The notes under the pieces are model-generated. The model saw only the letters and a program-made list of their open reading frames with translations, had not been told where the DNA came from and ran no database searches. This document shows, piece after piece, positions 1-11,508 of a DNA stretch of 64,000 nt (the first letter of the stretch is position 1; every line of letters starts with the position of its first letter). The position numbers and the translations under genes were made by a program. This stretch comes from Nitrospirota bacterium (GTDB lineage Bacteria; Nitrospirota; Thermodesulfovibrionia; Thermodesulfovibrionales; UBA9159): contig CAVOUE010000003.1 in the NCBI GenBank assembly GCA_963699545.1, positions 256,001 to 320,000 of the forward strand, given 5' to 3'.

Positions 1-3000
1 CCGATGCAGAAACGGTTCGAGTCGGACCCTTTGTTCCAGGCAACCACGCTTCTTCTTCAGGAGCGTGTGCCAAGGGCCACGGGATTCTATTCGCAGACCG
101 CCGACCTCTCCGAATCACCTACGTCTTCCACCGGAGCGGAGACCTCCGTGCGCTCTTTCAGCAGCCCGGACACACCGTTTCCCCAGGTGCAGCTGTTGTC
201 GAACGGCAGGTACCACGTGATGATCACGAACGCCGGCGGCGGGTACAGCCGATGGAAGGACATCGCAATCACACGCTGGCGTGAAGACAGTACCCGCGAC
301 GACTGGGGCACGTTTTGTTATATCCGTGAGGTGGCGAGCGGGGAGTTCTGGTCAACAACATATCAGCCGGCGCTCAAACGCTCGAAGAATTATGAAGCGA
401 TTTTCTCGGAAGGACGCGCCGAGTTTCGTTGCAGGGACCACGACTTTGACACACACACCGAGATCGCCGTTTCTCCGGAGGATGATATTGAGCTGCGCAG
501 GATCACGATCACCAACCGCGGCCGGACACGCAGAGAGATCGACATCACAAGTTACGCGGAAGTCGTCCTTGCGCCACCTGATGCAGACACGCTGCATCCT
601 GCGTTCAGCAATCTTTTCGTTCAGACAGAGATCATCGATCACAAGCGGGCGATCCTCTGCACCCGTCGCCCCCGCTCCCTCGAGGAGCATGCGCCATGGA
701 TGTTTCATCTGATGGCTGTCCATGGGGTAGAAACCGACGAAGTGTCCTATGAGACCGACCGTATGCGGTTCATCGGTCGTGGAAACACGGTTACCAACCC
801 GCAGGCCCTGAGCGGGTCTGCTGCGCTCTCGGACAGTGAAAGCTCAGTGCTCGATCCGATCGTCGCGATACGGTATCGTATAATTCTTGACCCGGAAAGA
901 TCGGCAACAATAAATATTGTCACCGGCATCGGTGAAACCCGGGACATCTGTATGGGCCTCGTAGAGAAATACCAGGACCGGTATCTTGCAGATCGTGTCT
1001 TCGATCTCGCATGGACGCACAGCCAGGTGCTCCTGAGGCAGATCAACGCCACGGAAGCCGATGCGCAACTCTATGGGCGCCTTGCCGGCTCTGTGATCTA
1101 CGCCAATTCTTCGTTGCGCGCCGACCCGGGCGTCGTCATCACGAATCGCCGCGGGCAATCCGGTCTGTGGGGCTACTCCATATCCGGCGATCTCCCTATC
1201 GTGCTGTTGCAGATCGGAGATCCGGCAAACATCGACCTGGTGCGCCAGCTCGTACAAGCACACGCGTACTGGCGTCTCAAAGGACTGGCGGTGGACCTTG
1301 TGATCTGGAACGAAGATCATGCGGGTTACCGGCAGCTTCTGCAAGAGCAGATCATGGGACTCATCGCCGCAGGCGTCGAAGCGAACGTGACAGAACGACC
1401 GGGTGGCATCTTCGTAAGACCTGTGGACCAGATATCAGGCGAGGACCGCATCCTGCTCCAAACGGTCGCCCGTGCCGTCATCACCGACAGCCTCGGCCCG
1501 ATCGAGGACCAGATCAGCCGCCGCAGTAGCGTGCCACTCATAGTACCGCGCCTTGCGCCGGCCCGGAGCCTTCGCGCCGAATCCTCGACTGCCGTGGCAA
1601 TTACTCGCAGCGATCTGCTGTTTTTTAACGGACTCGGAGGATTCACCCCCGACGGCCGCGAGTATATCATTACGACCCTGCACGGACAGGTGACTCCGGC
1701 GCCATGGGTGAATGTGATTGCCAACCCTCACTTCGGGACAGTCATTTCGGAAAGCGGCGGTTCTTACACCTGGAGCGAGAATGCCCACGAGTTCCGCCTC
1801 ACTCCCTGGTACAACGACCCGGTGAGCGATTCCGGCGGAGAGGCTTTTTACCTCCGCGATGAAGAGAGCGGCCTTTTCTGGTCCCCTTCGCCGTTGCCTG
1901 TTCGGGGGGCAAGGCATTACGTCAGTCGCCACGGATTCGGTTACAGTGTTTTTGAACACACGGAAGACGGCATCAGCTCAGAGATGTGGGTTTACGTAGC
2001 AACGGATGCATCGGTCAAGTTGACGGTGTTAAAGGTGAGAAACGAATCGGACCGGTCTCGCCGGCTCTCAGCCACCGGATACGTGGAGTGGGTGCTGGGA
2101 GATCTTCGCCAAAAAACAGCAATGCATGTGAGCACCGAAATAGACCCAAAAACCGGCGCGCTCTTCGGGCGGAACCCATACAACACGGAGTTCGCCGACC
2201 GGACCGCGTTCTTCGACGTGGATGAGGCGACGCGGAACGTAAGCGGCGACCGTACTGAGTTCGTTGGCCGTAACGGCACGCTTCGGACGCCCGGACGCGA
2301 TGACACGCGCCCGGCTTTCAGGCAGGGTAGGAGCCAGCCCTGGACCCCTGCGGCGCTATCCAGGTCCCCTTCGAACTTGCAGAGGGACAAGAGCGTGAGA
2401 TTATCTTCAGGCTTGGCGTAGGACGCGACCCATATGATGCCGGCCAGCTGGTGCGGCGCTTCCGGGGATCTGCCGCCGCGCGCGACGCGCTCGAAAAGGT
2501 CTGGCAGTACTGGAACCACACCCTCGGTGCAGTGCAGGTGGAAACACCGGACCAGTCCGTCAATGTGCTGGCCAACGGCTGGCTTTTGTACCAAACTCTG
2601 GCATGTCGTCTTTGGGCACGGTCCGGATACTACCAGCCCGGGGGCGCCTTCGGCTTCCGCGACCAGTTGCAGGACGTGATGGCGCTTATCCACTGTGAGC
2701 CCCGGCTTATGCGCGAGCACCTCCTCCTTTGCGCGGCCCATCAGTTCAGGGAGGGAGATGTCCAGCATTGGTGGCATCCCCCCTCTGGCCGGGGCGTGCG
2801 CACACACTGTTCGGACGACTTTCTCTGGTTGCCCCTGGCTGCGTGCCGCTACGTTCTGATGACCGGAGACACGGGGGTGTTGGATGAAACTGTCCGCTTC
2901 ATCGAGGGCCGCCCGGTAAACAAAGACGAGGACTCGTATTACGATCTTCCCCAGGCGTCCGAAGAAACGGCGAGTTTGTACGATCACTGTGTGCGGGCCA

Positions 3001-4061
3001 TTCTAAGGGGCCTCAGCCGGGGCGAACACGGTTTGCCGCTCATCGGCTCGGGTGATTGGAACGACGGAATGAACATGGTGGGCGAATACGGCAAGGGTGA
3101 AAGCGTTTGGCTGGGATTCTTCCTCTATAAAGTGCTCGTGGAGTTCTGTGAGATTGCGCGTCTGCGCGGTGATCTGTCCTTCGTCGAACGCTGTCGGGAG
3201 GAAGCTGCTCAACTGCGCAGAAATATCGAGGAGAATGGCTGGGATGGCGAGTGGTATCTGCGTGCTTACTTTGACGACGGTTCACCATTGGGTTCGGCGG
3301 GTAATCCCGAATGCCGGATTGATTCGATTGCGCAAAGCTGGTCTGTCCTCTCGGGAGCCGGAGATGCCGATCGCTCAGCCATGGCAATGGAAGCGATGGA
3401 TAAGCTTCTCGTTCGACGGGACCATGGCCTGATCCAGCTCCTAGACCCGCCATTCGACAAATCGGATATGAACCCCGGCTATATAAAGGGATACGTACCG
3501 GGGGTAAGGGAGAATGGAGGGCAATACAGTCATGCGGCAATCTGGGCGGCGATGGCCTTCGCTTCGTTGGGCGACAGCAGTCGCGCGTGGGAACTGCTGG
3601 CAATGATCAACCCGGTAAACCATGCGGGATCTCCGGAGAAGATCGCAATCTACAAAGTAGAACCGTATGTTGTCGCGGCCGACGTATATGCGCTCTCTCC
3701 GCACATTGGCCGCGGTGGATGGACATGGTACACGGGATCGGCCGGCTGGATGTACAGGCTTATCCTTGAATCACTCCTTGGGTTGAGGTGTGAAACAAAC
3801 ACGCTGCGCTTCGAGCCGTGTCTCCCCGGGGATTGGAAGGCGTTCAAGGTGCATTACCGGTACAGGGAAACAGTCTACCACATCACCGTGCTCCAACCGA
3901 GCGACGCCAGTGTGGCGAGTGTGATTGTCGATGGCGTTGAACAACCCGACGCGGTAATCCCCCTTGTTGACGACCATCGGGAACATTCAGTTGAGGTGAG
4001 AATTGCAGTGGCGCACCTTAGCCCCCGAAGAGCCAGCGCTTCAGATTCCAGAAATGGATGA
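1..4061 (+). CDS. Cyclic beta-1,2-glucan synthase/phosphorylase (NdvB/ChvB-like), C-terminal GH94 region; begins upstream of the window; two apparent +1 indels (~2290, ~2334)
   Basis: ORFs 4..2421 and 2451..4061 carry two GH94 beta-sandwich repeats (LLSNGRY...[19 protein letters not shown]) and the catalytic domain ([37 protein letters not shown]). The linker reads [22 protein letters not shown] after removing two bases. Confidence 0.88.
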
Positions 4062-4608
4062 TCTTTTGTGTAAAGGCGACCTGGTCAACCGTGGTTGCCA
4101 GATCCTTTAGCTCCATTCGCGTCTTTTCTATCTCTCTGTCCTGGGCCTGTTCAAGTCCGCCGTCAGCAATGAAATGGCGAATCTTTTCAAGTTCTCCCGG
4201 ATCGAGCCAGACACCGTGTTTCCCGCATTCGTCGATGATCACCCCTGAGATCTTTCCGAAATTCTTGCGGTTCATCATCTTGCCGCACCGGACACAGGGG
4301 ATGTACTCCACGGGGTCCTTTGCAGGGGCTTTAAGATACTCGCCGTTCACCTCTTCTTTCCTGTATACATCATATTCGCTCGTGACGACTTTGAACTCAC
4401 CTCTGTCAAGCCACATGCCGCTGCATGACGGGCAGAGGTCATACTCTTCTTTCGCGGCCATGTGGACTTCAAGGGGCGTTCTGCACCGCGGACACACCGG
4501 GGGGAGCTGCTCACATTTATCACGGAGATGTCCGCCGCAGAGGGGACAGGTGGCGTAGTTCACATTGATATCCCTGCCGCAGTAGTCGCATTTCTTTGTT
4601 CCGCTCAT
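4018..4608 (-). CDS. Zinc-ribbon protein (TFIIB-like zinc-finger repeats)
   Basis: Multiple CxxC pairs and two CxxCxGxWLDxGE-type motifs ([25 protein letters not shown]). Confidence 0.75.
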   Translation of the reverse strand: MSGTKKCDYCGRDINVNYATCPLCGGHLRDKCEQLPPVCPRCRTPLEVHMAAKEEYDLCPSCSGMWLDRGEFKVVTSEYDVYRKEEVNGEYLKAPAKDPVEYIPCVRCGKMMNRKNFGKISGVIIDECGKHGVWLDPGELEKIRHFIADGGLEQAQDREIEKTRMELKDLATTVDQVAFTQKIIHFWNLKRWLFGG

Positions 4609-4643
4609 GTTCTTATCCTATGGATGTATCGCCCCGTTGTCAA
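4609..4643 (-). promoter_or_regulatory. Sigma70 promoter, apparently leaderless
   Basis: TTGACA (4643-4638), 17 nt, TAGGAT (4620-4615), 6 nt, ATG 4608; no Shine-Dalgarno. Confidence 0.65.
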
Positions 4644-4746
4644 GGAATCAACGAAGGATCTCACTATACGCTATGTCGTGCGTTACCATTCCTGTTTGCC
4701 GGGATGCAGCATATCCGCTCCGCCCCGGGCGGGTGTGGCACTCCAG

Positions 4747-5810
4747 CTAAAGTGCGGAGGGTGAACCTGCGACCGACTGTTTTATCACAGATACCATCGT
4801 CCCCGTCTCTCCCCTCTTCCACAATACAAGAATGTGCGCCCTGAGCTCCGCTGCCCTCCTGTAGCCGATCCTCCTGGCGTCCTCCAGCAACGACCAGTCT
4901 CTGCTGTCCGAAAAATTCTGAAATGCGTTCATCATCTCGGGGAGATTTCTCTTCTGATCCCGTCCAGGAACGCCATATGGAAATGAAGGAGAGCGGTCTT
5001 CCTCCCTTTGATGATATGCTGAAGAGGTCCCTTTTCCGAGGTATCCGCCAGGAGGTCCTTCACTCCCCTTACATAGAATTCGGCGGCCCTGTCCGTATTT
5101 CCACTAAGGATCTCAAGCCACTCATCGGCATGCTCATCTTCGAATGCCTCACCCGTTTCGTGCAGAACGAAAAGCTCTGACACCTCTGAAGAAAGGGCTT
5201 CAATCTTGTGAATAAGTTCCTCCGGAGATTCCTTGCCTTCTATCCCGAAAGCAGAGAAGGCCTCTTTCAGCAGACCCCCGAATCTCCTGCCTTGCAATTC
5301 CTGGAACTTGTCCCAGAGCAAAGCCTTCAGCGCCTCGAGCCTCATGAATACGCACCTGCCCTGGACCATAGCCGCAGATGTGGTGAGGTCCCTGCAGAGT
5401 TCCTTCCCCGAGTAATGGACGAGGTAATCATAGTACTCCCTTTTCCTCTCAAGGGTCGCAAGGTAAAAGGTCGGTTTGTTGAACCTTCCGTAGCCCCCTC
5501 CGTAGACAAAACCCTCCCGATTAAGGAGCGTGTTCAGTCCGTCGACGTCAAAGGGATCATAGAGAGCACCCTCTATCTGGAGGGGCCGGAATTCTTCATG
5601 CTCAAGGCTTTTCCATAGCGCTTCTGTAGCGGCGATCCATTCCGACGTCCCTTCCCTGGGTGTTTGGTCCCACGGCATGAGGTTGTGTTCGTTTTTGTAT
5701 AGTTCTCTCAATCTCATGAGCAGACCGCAGAGGGAATAATATCCCCAAAACCTGGCGTCGGAGATGGTGCAGTTCAATTTCACCTGCTCTTTGAGATTCT
5801 CTATGTCCAT
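4747..5810 (-). CDS. Conserved hypothetical protein (Sfum_1244-like), one frameshift near 4943
   Basis: N-terminal motif NCxISDARFWGxYSLCGLLMRLRELY; ORF 4932..5810 continues in ORF 4747..4935 if one base is restored. Confidence 0.6.
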
Positions 5811-5905
5811 AAAGATATCTTAGGATAAACAGCCCGAAAATGAAAAGACGCGGTCGTCCCTCCGCTCTTGCATATTACCGGGGTAAATATTAGAATCATA
5901 CGACT

Positions 5906-7189
5906 ATGAAGATACTGAAGACATCCGGGGAGGTACGGGCATTCCTCCTGCTGCTCAGGAAAAGGGCGTCCGGGGGCACAGGCAGGGTGGAAGTGACCGT
6001 AAGAAAGATCCTGGACGATGTCAGAAAGAACGGCGATGAAGCGGTCATCAGATACACACGGAAATTCGATTCCCTGAAGACGGCGAACCTTCGGGTACGG
6101 CCGGCAGAGATCGCACGCCATGCCAATAAAGCAGACAGGAAGATCGTCAAATGCCTCGAGGTATCTGCAAACAGGATCCGCTCCTTCCATGAGATGCAGA
6201 AGGAAGAGTCCTGGTCTTTCTCTGAGGGTGATGCGATCTTGGGCCAGATAGTGCGGCCTCTGGAGCGGGTCGGTGTTTATGTCCCGGGCGGAAAGGCGTC
6301 ATATCCGTCCACCGTGCTGATGAATGTTATCCCTGCCCAGGTGGCGGAAGTGGATGAGATCGCCCTCTGTGTGCCCACGCCGGGAAATGAGGTCAACCCC
6401 TATGTCATGGCAGCCATAGAGATGCTGGGGGTAAGGGAGGTCTACAGGACAGGGGGCGCCCAGGCCGTCGGAGCCATGGCGTATGGAACGAAGACGATAA
6501 AGCGGGTCGATAAGATCGTCGGCCCCGGTAACATCTACGTTGCCATTGCCAAGAAGCTTGTATTCGGGGAAGTGGACATCGACATGATCGCAGGGCCAAG
6601 CGAAGTACTCATCATTGCCGATAAAACAGGCGAGCCTGAGTTCATCGCGGCAGACCTCTTGAGTCAGGCAGAGCATGATGAACTGGCCTCCTCTGTCCTT
6701 GTCACTGATTCCGCCGGACTGGCGAAAAGGGTACAGGAAGAGCTGAATCTTCAGGTCTCGAAGTTGCCTCGCATCGCCATTGCAAAGAAATCCATCAGTG
6801 CCTACGGGGCCATACTCCTCACAGAGAACATGAAGGAGGCGGTGAGGCTTGCCAACGCAATCGCCCCGGAACACCTTGAGGTGATGACCTCAAACCCCTT
6901 TGAGCTCCTTCCTCTGATCCGGAACGCCGGTGCGATCTTCCTCGGGCCCTGGACCCCCGAACCCCTGGGGGATTACGCTGCCGGACCGAACCACACGCTG
7001 CCTACGGGGGGAACCGCGCGGTTCTTCTCTCCCCTGGGCGTATACGATTTCATGAAGCGTTCCAGTCTTCTCAGCTTCTCAAGAGACGGCTTCAGGAAGC
7101 TGGCGGCGACGGTGATCGCATTATCGGAGATCGAGGGACTGAATGCGCACGGAAATACCATACGGGTGAGATATGAAAAGAAAGATTGA
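5906..7189 (+). CDS. hisD: Histidinol dehydrogenase
   Basis: VGVYVPGGKASYPS, KIVGPGNIYV, DMIAGPSE, APEHLE, GDYAAGPNHTLPT motifs. Confidence 0.97.
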   Translation: MKILKTSGEVRAFLLLLRKRASGGTGRVEVTVRKILDDVRKNGDEAVIRYTRKFDSLKTANLRVRPAEIARHANKADRKIVKCLEVSANRIRSFHEMQKEESWSFSEGDAILGQIVRPLERVGVYVPGGKASYPSTVLMNVIPAQVAEVDEIALCVPTPGNEVNPYVMAAIEMLGVREVYRTGGAQAVGAMAYGTKTIKRVDKIVGPGNIYVAIAKKLVFGEVDIDMIAGPSEVLIIADKTGEPEFIAADLLSQAEHDELASSVLVTDSAGLAKRVQEELNLQVSKLPRIAIAKKSISAYGAILLTENMKEAVRLANAIAPEHLEVMTSNPFELLPLIRNAGAIFLGPWTPEPLGDYAAGPNHTLPTGGTARFFSPLGVYDFMKRSSLLSFSRDGFRKLAATVIALSEIEGLNAHGNTIRVRYEKKD

Positions 7190-8231
7190 TATAAGAACGC
7201 TGGTAAGACCGAACATCCGCACCCTCCGGGCCTATATCGCAAAGGAGATACCGTGCAGGATCAAGCTGGATGCCAATGAAAGCCCCTTTCCCATGAGCAC
7301 TGGGGACCGCCGAAGGCTCGCGGGGATCTTAGGCACGGTAAAGGCCAATCGTTATCCGGACCCCGAAGCAAAGGAGCTCAGGAAATGGGCGGCCGGAAGA
7401 TTCGGCGTCAAACCCCAAAATGTCCTTCAAGGCAACGGTTCCGATGAGCTCATCTATTACCTCATCACAACCTTTGGCGGACCGGTGCTCTATCCGGTCC
7501 CCACATTCTCGATGTACGGGATCATCTGCCAGGCCCTGGGAGAAAAAGGTACCCCTGTCCTCCTGAACAGGGGGTTCGATCTTGATCTCGAAAAAATGAT
7601 GAGGGTCGTCAAGGAAGAAAGACCGAAGCTCATCTTTCTGAGCTCTCCCAACAATCCAACCGGGAACTGTTTTTCGGCGGAGAAGATCCTGAAGCTCATC
7701 GAAGCATCAAAGGGCATCGTGGTGGTTGACGAGGCGTACCAGCCCTTCGCAAGCAAAAAAGGTTTTCTGCCCCTGCTGAAGGATTACCGGAACCTCGTGA
7801 TCATGCGGACGCTGAGCAAGGTGGGCCTGGCAGCCCTCCGCCTCGGTTTCCTCGTAGCAGACGCTGAAATTATCGGCGAAGTGAACAAGGTGAGACTCCC
7901 CTTCAACGTTAATTCCCTTTCACAGGAGCTGGCAGTGGCTGCCTTGAAGGATGCAAGGGGATTAGATGCAGCCATAAAGACCATCGTTTCAGAAAGGGAA
8001 AGGCTCCTGACGGAGATGGAACGGATAGAGGGTGTTGCTCCCTATCCCTCCGAGGCAAATTTCATACTCTTCAGGGTGAAGGACCCTGACCGTCTGTATC
8101 GCGGGCTCCTGAAAAAAGGGATACTCGTGAGGAATATGAATGACGGGATCAGGGGTTGCCTCAGGGTAACGGTGGGGACGCCGGAAGAGAATACCGCCTT
8201 TTTGAAGGTCCTGAGACAGGCGGTAAAGTAA
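7173..8231 (+). CDS. hisC: Histidinol-phosphate aminotransferase
   Basis: KLDANESP, NRYPD, GNGSDELI, SPNNPTG, DEAY, RTLSK; overlaps hisD end. Confidence 0.95.
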   Translation: MKRKIDIRTLVRPNIRTLRAYIAKEIPCRIKLDANESPFPMSTGDRRRLAGILGTVKANRYPDPEAKELRKWAAGRFGVKPQNVLQGNGSDELIYYLITTFGGPVLYPVPTFSMYGIICQALGEKGTPVLLNRGFDLDLEKMMRVVKEERPKLIFLSSPNNPTGNCFSAEKILKLIEASKGIVVVDEAYQPFASKKGFLPLLKDYRNLVIMRTLSKVGLAALRLGFLVADAEIIGEVNKVRLPFNVNSLSQELAVAALKDARGLDAAIKTIVSERERLLTEMERIEGVAPYPSEANFILFRVKDPDRLYRGLLKKGILVRNMNDGIRGCLRVTVGTPEENTAFLKVLRQAVK

Positions 8232-8307
8232 GGATATCCGCCTTTTCGCCTGGTCGGACACAATTATGCGCGTGGCCGTATAAGGAGAGGGCAACTCCGA
8301 ACGTCGA

Positions 8308-8365
8308 GAAAAGCGGGACGTGTTTCAGGCTTCCGTTCTTCCGCACTGAAAGTCGTCGGCTTTTC
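8308..8365. terminator. Long imperfect hairpin between convergent hisC and the small ORF
   Basis: GAAAAGC..GACG..TTTCAG pairs with CTGAAA..CGTC..GCTTTTC. Confidence 0.5.
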
Positions 8366-8366
8366 G

Positions 8367-8438
8367 TTATTTCTTTGTCTTTTTTGCGGCGGTCTTCTTT
8401 GAACCGCAGGTCGAACCTTTACCGGCTTTGCATGCCAT
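8367..8438 (-). CDS. 23-aa basic Cys/Lys-rich peptide MACKAGKGSTCGSKKTAAKKTKK
   Basis: AAGGAGG Shine-Dalgarno shortly before ATG 8438, TAA at 8369-8367, dedicated consensus promoter; below the ORF-track size cutoff. Confidence 0.7.
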   Translation of the reverse strand: MACKAGKGSTCGSKKTAAKKTKK

Positions 8439-8484
8439 ACGCTGTCCCTCCTTTTTTTACGTTCTCATTCGATTTCTATCATTG

Positions 8485-8513
8485 AATATAGCATTTGAAT
8501 ACTTGACTGTCAA
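8485..8513 (-). promoter_or_regulatory. Sigma70 promoter for the small peptide gene
   Basis: TTGACA (8513-8508), 17 nt, TGcTATATT extended -10 (8490-8485); -35 lies inside palindrome TTGACTGTCAA (8503-8513). Confidence 0.7.
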
Positions 8514-8566
8514 ATGACTTTGCACCGGGCCGAAAGCCACGGGCAATGAGCGGCGAGCTTTGGCTA

Positions 8567-8965
8567 TTACCGGAATTCCGGAAGCAGGCTCACCAGTCTC
8601 CACTGTTTCTTGCCTCCTTCATCCACATAAGCCCATTTCTGGGTGTCCACGAGGGTCTTCAGCCGGTAAGCGGAAAAAGTATAGTAGTCGATTTCTACCT
8701 TCACTTCAGCTTCGCCCTTTTGTTCGTCGAACTTTAACCGTGCGAGGCGATAGTCCACAATTCTGACGTTCTTTGCCGCCCGCGCTCTGGCACTGAACTC
8801 CTCCACAAGGGCCTCGGTGGTGAAACTGCTGGCAAGGTCCATTTTGTTCTTGCGCACCAGCTCCCCGTATTGATCGACGCTCGCTTCAAGTTCCCCACGG
8901 ATATTCTTGACACAGGCGATGAGCGTCACACTGATGACAAGCGCCCATAAAAGAGATCTTCTCAT
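8567..8965 (-). CDS. Putative lipoprotein, unknown function
   Basis: Signal peptide with lipobox LIAC; GGAGG Shine-Dalgarno. Confidence 0.7.
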   Translation of the reverse strand: MRRSLLWALVISVTLIACVKNIRGELEASVDQYGELVRKNKMDLASSFTTEALVEEFSARARAAKNVRIVDYRLARLKFDEQKGEAEVKVEIDYYTFSAYRLKTLVDTQKWAYVDEGGKKQWRLVSLLPEFR

Positions 8966-9146
8966 GTCATCCTCCCTTTCCCTATTCTTCGTGTCCCGCT
9001 TCTGATGGACGATAACAGTTCTGGCGATAGCTTTATTACAGTTGATCGTAGTTACTTCGGGCCATAGCTACAGGAAAAACATGAGGCGCGAGGACCGCTC
9101 CTCATCCATAAGCCTTTTCCCTTTCGCACTACAGCACTGTTGTGCG

Positions 9147-9587
9147 CTACTCAACCACTACCTTGCCCGTCATGAAGGGGTGCATCTCGCAGGAATAGGA
9201 ATATGTCCCGGGTTTGGTGAACTGCCTTTTGAATTCTCCGCCCTGTTCCAGGGGGCCGGAAGCAAAGCTGCCATCGTCAGCCGTCACCGTATGGACAGAG
9301 GACTCATTGTTTCTCCACCTGACCTCAGTGCCGGCCTTGATCTTTATAACATCAGGGGAAAAGGCCATTTGGTCGAGCACGACCTTAACGAAAGCCGGGG
9401 CTGAAGCTTTTGTAGTTTCCTTCGGGACACAACACTTCTGCTGCTCGGTGCAATCAATAAACGCACCTTGCTCCGCAACCTGATTGGGCGCACAGACGCT
9501 CTTGCATTCTCCTCCGAGCTGGGTAGCACAGTCTTCGCTTGCAAACGCCAGTGCCGGGAATAGAACAAACATCAAAATCCATTTCAT
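9147..9587 (-). CDS. Secreted cupredoxin (amicyanin/plastocyanin-like) with N-terminal six-Cys module
   Basis: Signal peptide, VHTV His ligand and C-terminal CEMHPFM type-1 copper loop. Confidence 0.85.
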   Translation of the reverse strand: MKWILMFVLFPALAFASEDCATQLGGECKSVCAPNQVAEQGAFIDCTEQQKCCVPKETTKASAPAFVKVVLDQMAFSPDVIKIKAGTEVRWRNNESSVHTVTADDGSFASGPLEQGGEFKRQFTKPGTYSYSCEMHPFMTGKVVVE

Positions 9588-9854
9588 GACACTATTATAC
9601 CGCGATTTCATCATTTATGCATCCGCCTGTTAAAAGTGTGTGCTTGAGCTGATACCAGAGAGTCTTTCCGCCCCCTTCGCTCCCTGCCGTGACCCTTGCG
9701 TTTTTCCGCAAACTATCATATGCGAACGATGAGCTTTCTATCCCAGCTCCTCACGCCATACACTTTTCGCCTTACGGTCCTTTGGAAAAGCTGGTAAAAT
9801 GAAGAAGGAAAGCCGTAGCAAACTGAAGCGCATGACAGGAGGAGGTATGGAGAA

Positions 9855-11460
9855 ATGAAGAAAAAGATTCTATGGACGGGCGGCATACTTGTTGCCGTGC
9901 TCCTTGTCGTTTTCATCGGACTGAGCATCGCTGTAAAGAATTATCTCAAGAGCGATACGCTGAAGGCCCTGATCATTCCAAAGGTGGAGGAATTCACCGG
10001 AAGGAAGGCAGGCGTAGACCGGATAGACGTATCGCTCTTCAGGGGCATAGCGGTCAAGGGGATACGTCTCATGGAGCAGGACGGAAAGCAGGAATTTGTG
10101 AACGTAGGGGAGTTCGTCCTGGAATATCGCCTTTTCCCCCTTCTGAAAAAAAGGCTCGTGATAAAGAGGATCGACCTTGTCTCGCCCTCTGTCCGACTGG
10201 TAAGGGAAAAGAACGGCCGTTTTAATTTTGCCGACATCACGGAAAGGAGCAAGGAAGCACAGAAGCAGCCCACGCCCGGAGCTGCCGAAGAAAAAGGACT
10301 TCCTCTGTCTGTGGAGAACGGACAAAATATCGGTTCGGGATGCGAGGGTGACCTTCATCGATGCAGAGGGCGCCTTGCCTGCGATAACCTTCGTCTCCGA
10401 CATCGATCTGAGGCTGACTGCAGAGAGAGGTCTGGCCAGCCCCGAGGTATCGGGCAAAGTCGTGGTGAAAGAGCTGACGATGAAGAATGACGGCAGTGAG
10501 ATAAAAAGCACCGGGACCGTCACCATAAAAGAGAATGCAGTGGACTTCACCCTTACGGCCGCTATGGCGAAAGAGACAATAAGATTCTCCGGAGAAGTAA
10601 CGGATTACATGAAGAAGCCCGTTGTCCGCATGGATATTACCGCTGCCGAACTTGACCTGGAAAGACTTATTGCCATTTCGGAAGGGACGAAAAGAACAGC
10701 AAAGCCCCAGGCCGTGAAACGTGAGCCCCCTCCTCAGAAGGAGAAAGGGACGGGGAAAGAAGAAAAAACTGCCGGGCTGACCGCTTCGGGTGAAGCAAAG
10801 GTTGCTGCCGCGAAATACAAGGGATATGTCCTGAAGGATTTCGCAGCCCGCTACAGTTACTCGGACGGCAATGTCACCATAAGCCCAATAAGCACCGGTC
10901 TCTCAGGCGGCAAGGAGGCGGTGGTGCAGGGGACGGCAAAAGGGGAACTCAGGCTTTCCGTGGCCGGGGAGAGCGCTGCCGATTCGGTCAAGAAGACCCT
11001 CGCGGGAAAGCTCACCGCAGACTTGAACAAGTGCGAGATGATCGAGACAAAGATCAGCAGTGCCATTGCGCTCTTCACCGGAATAAAGGAGCTCGCAAGC
11101 CCGAAGTTCGACGCAGTACACTTTCTCCTTGCCATCGGTAACGAGAAGATAGCCCTGGACGGCACCATGACCTCAAGCCTGATAAATCTCAATCCTTCCG
11201 GGACAGTCTGGTTCGATAAGAAGATCGACGTCATCGCAGACCTCAAGGTTGCGCCAGGTCTCGGTGGCAGGATCGTTTCCGCCCAGTTCACACGTTACAT
11301 AAAGGACGAGAAAGGATGGACTGTCATTCCCCTCAGGATAACCGGAACGACGGACAAGCCCTCCGTCGGTCTTAACCAGGCAGCGGTGGGCAAGCAAATC
11401 GAAAAAGGGGTAACGAAGGAGATGGAAAAGCGGCTATTCAAAGGGATCTTTGGGAATTAA
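9855..11460 (+). CDS. AsmA-family protein, one frameshift near 10317
   Basis: N-terminal anchor, LFPLLKKRLVI..LVSPSVRLVREKNGRFNF, C-terminal IPLRITGTTDKPSV; ORFs 9855..10490 and 10228..11460 join. Confidence 0.8.
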
Positions 11461-11476
11461 TAACCCGTTAAAAACC

Positions 11477-11495
11477 GGGGACACATCCCATTTTA
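11477..11495. repeat. REP-like hairpin repeat, left end of RAYT element
   Basis: GGGGACACATCCCATTTTA, inverted relative to the copy at 12217-12244. Confidence 0.85.
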
Positions 11496-11508
11496 TTATG
11501 CTTATTTG

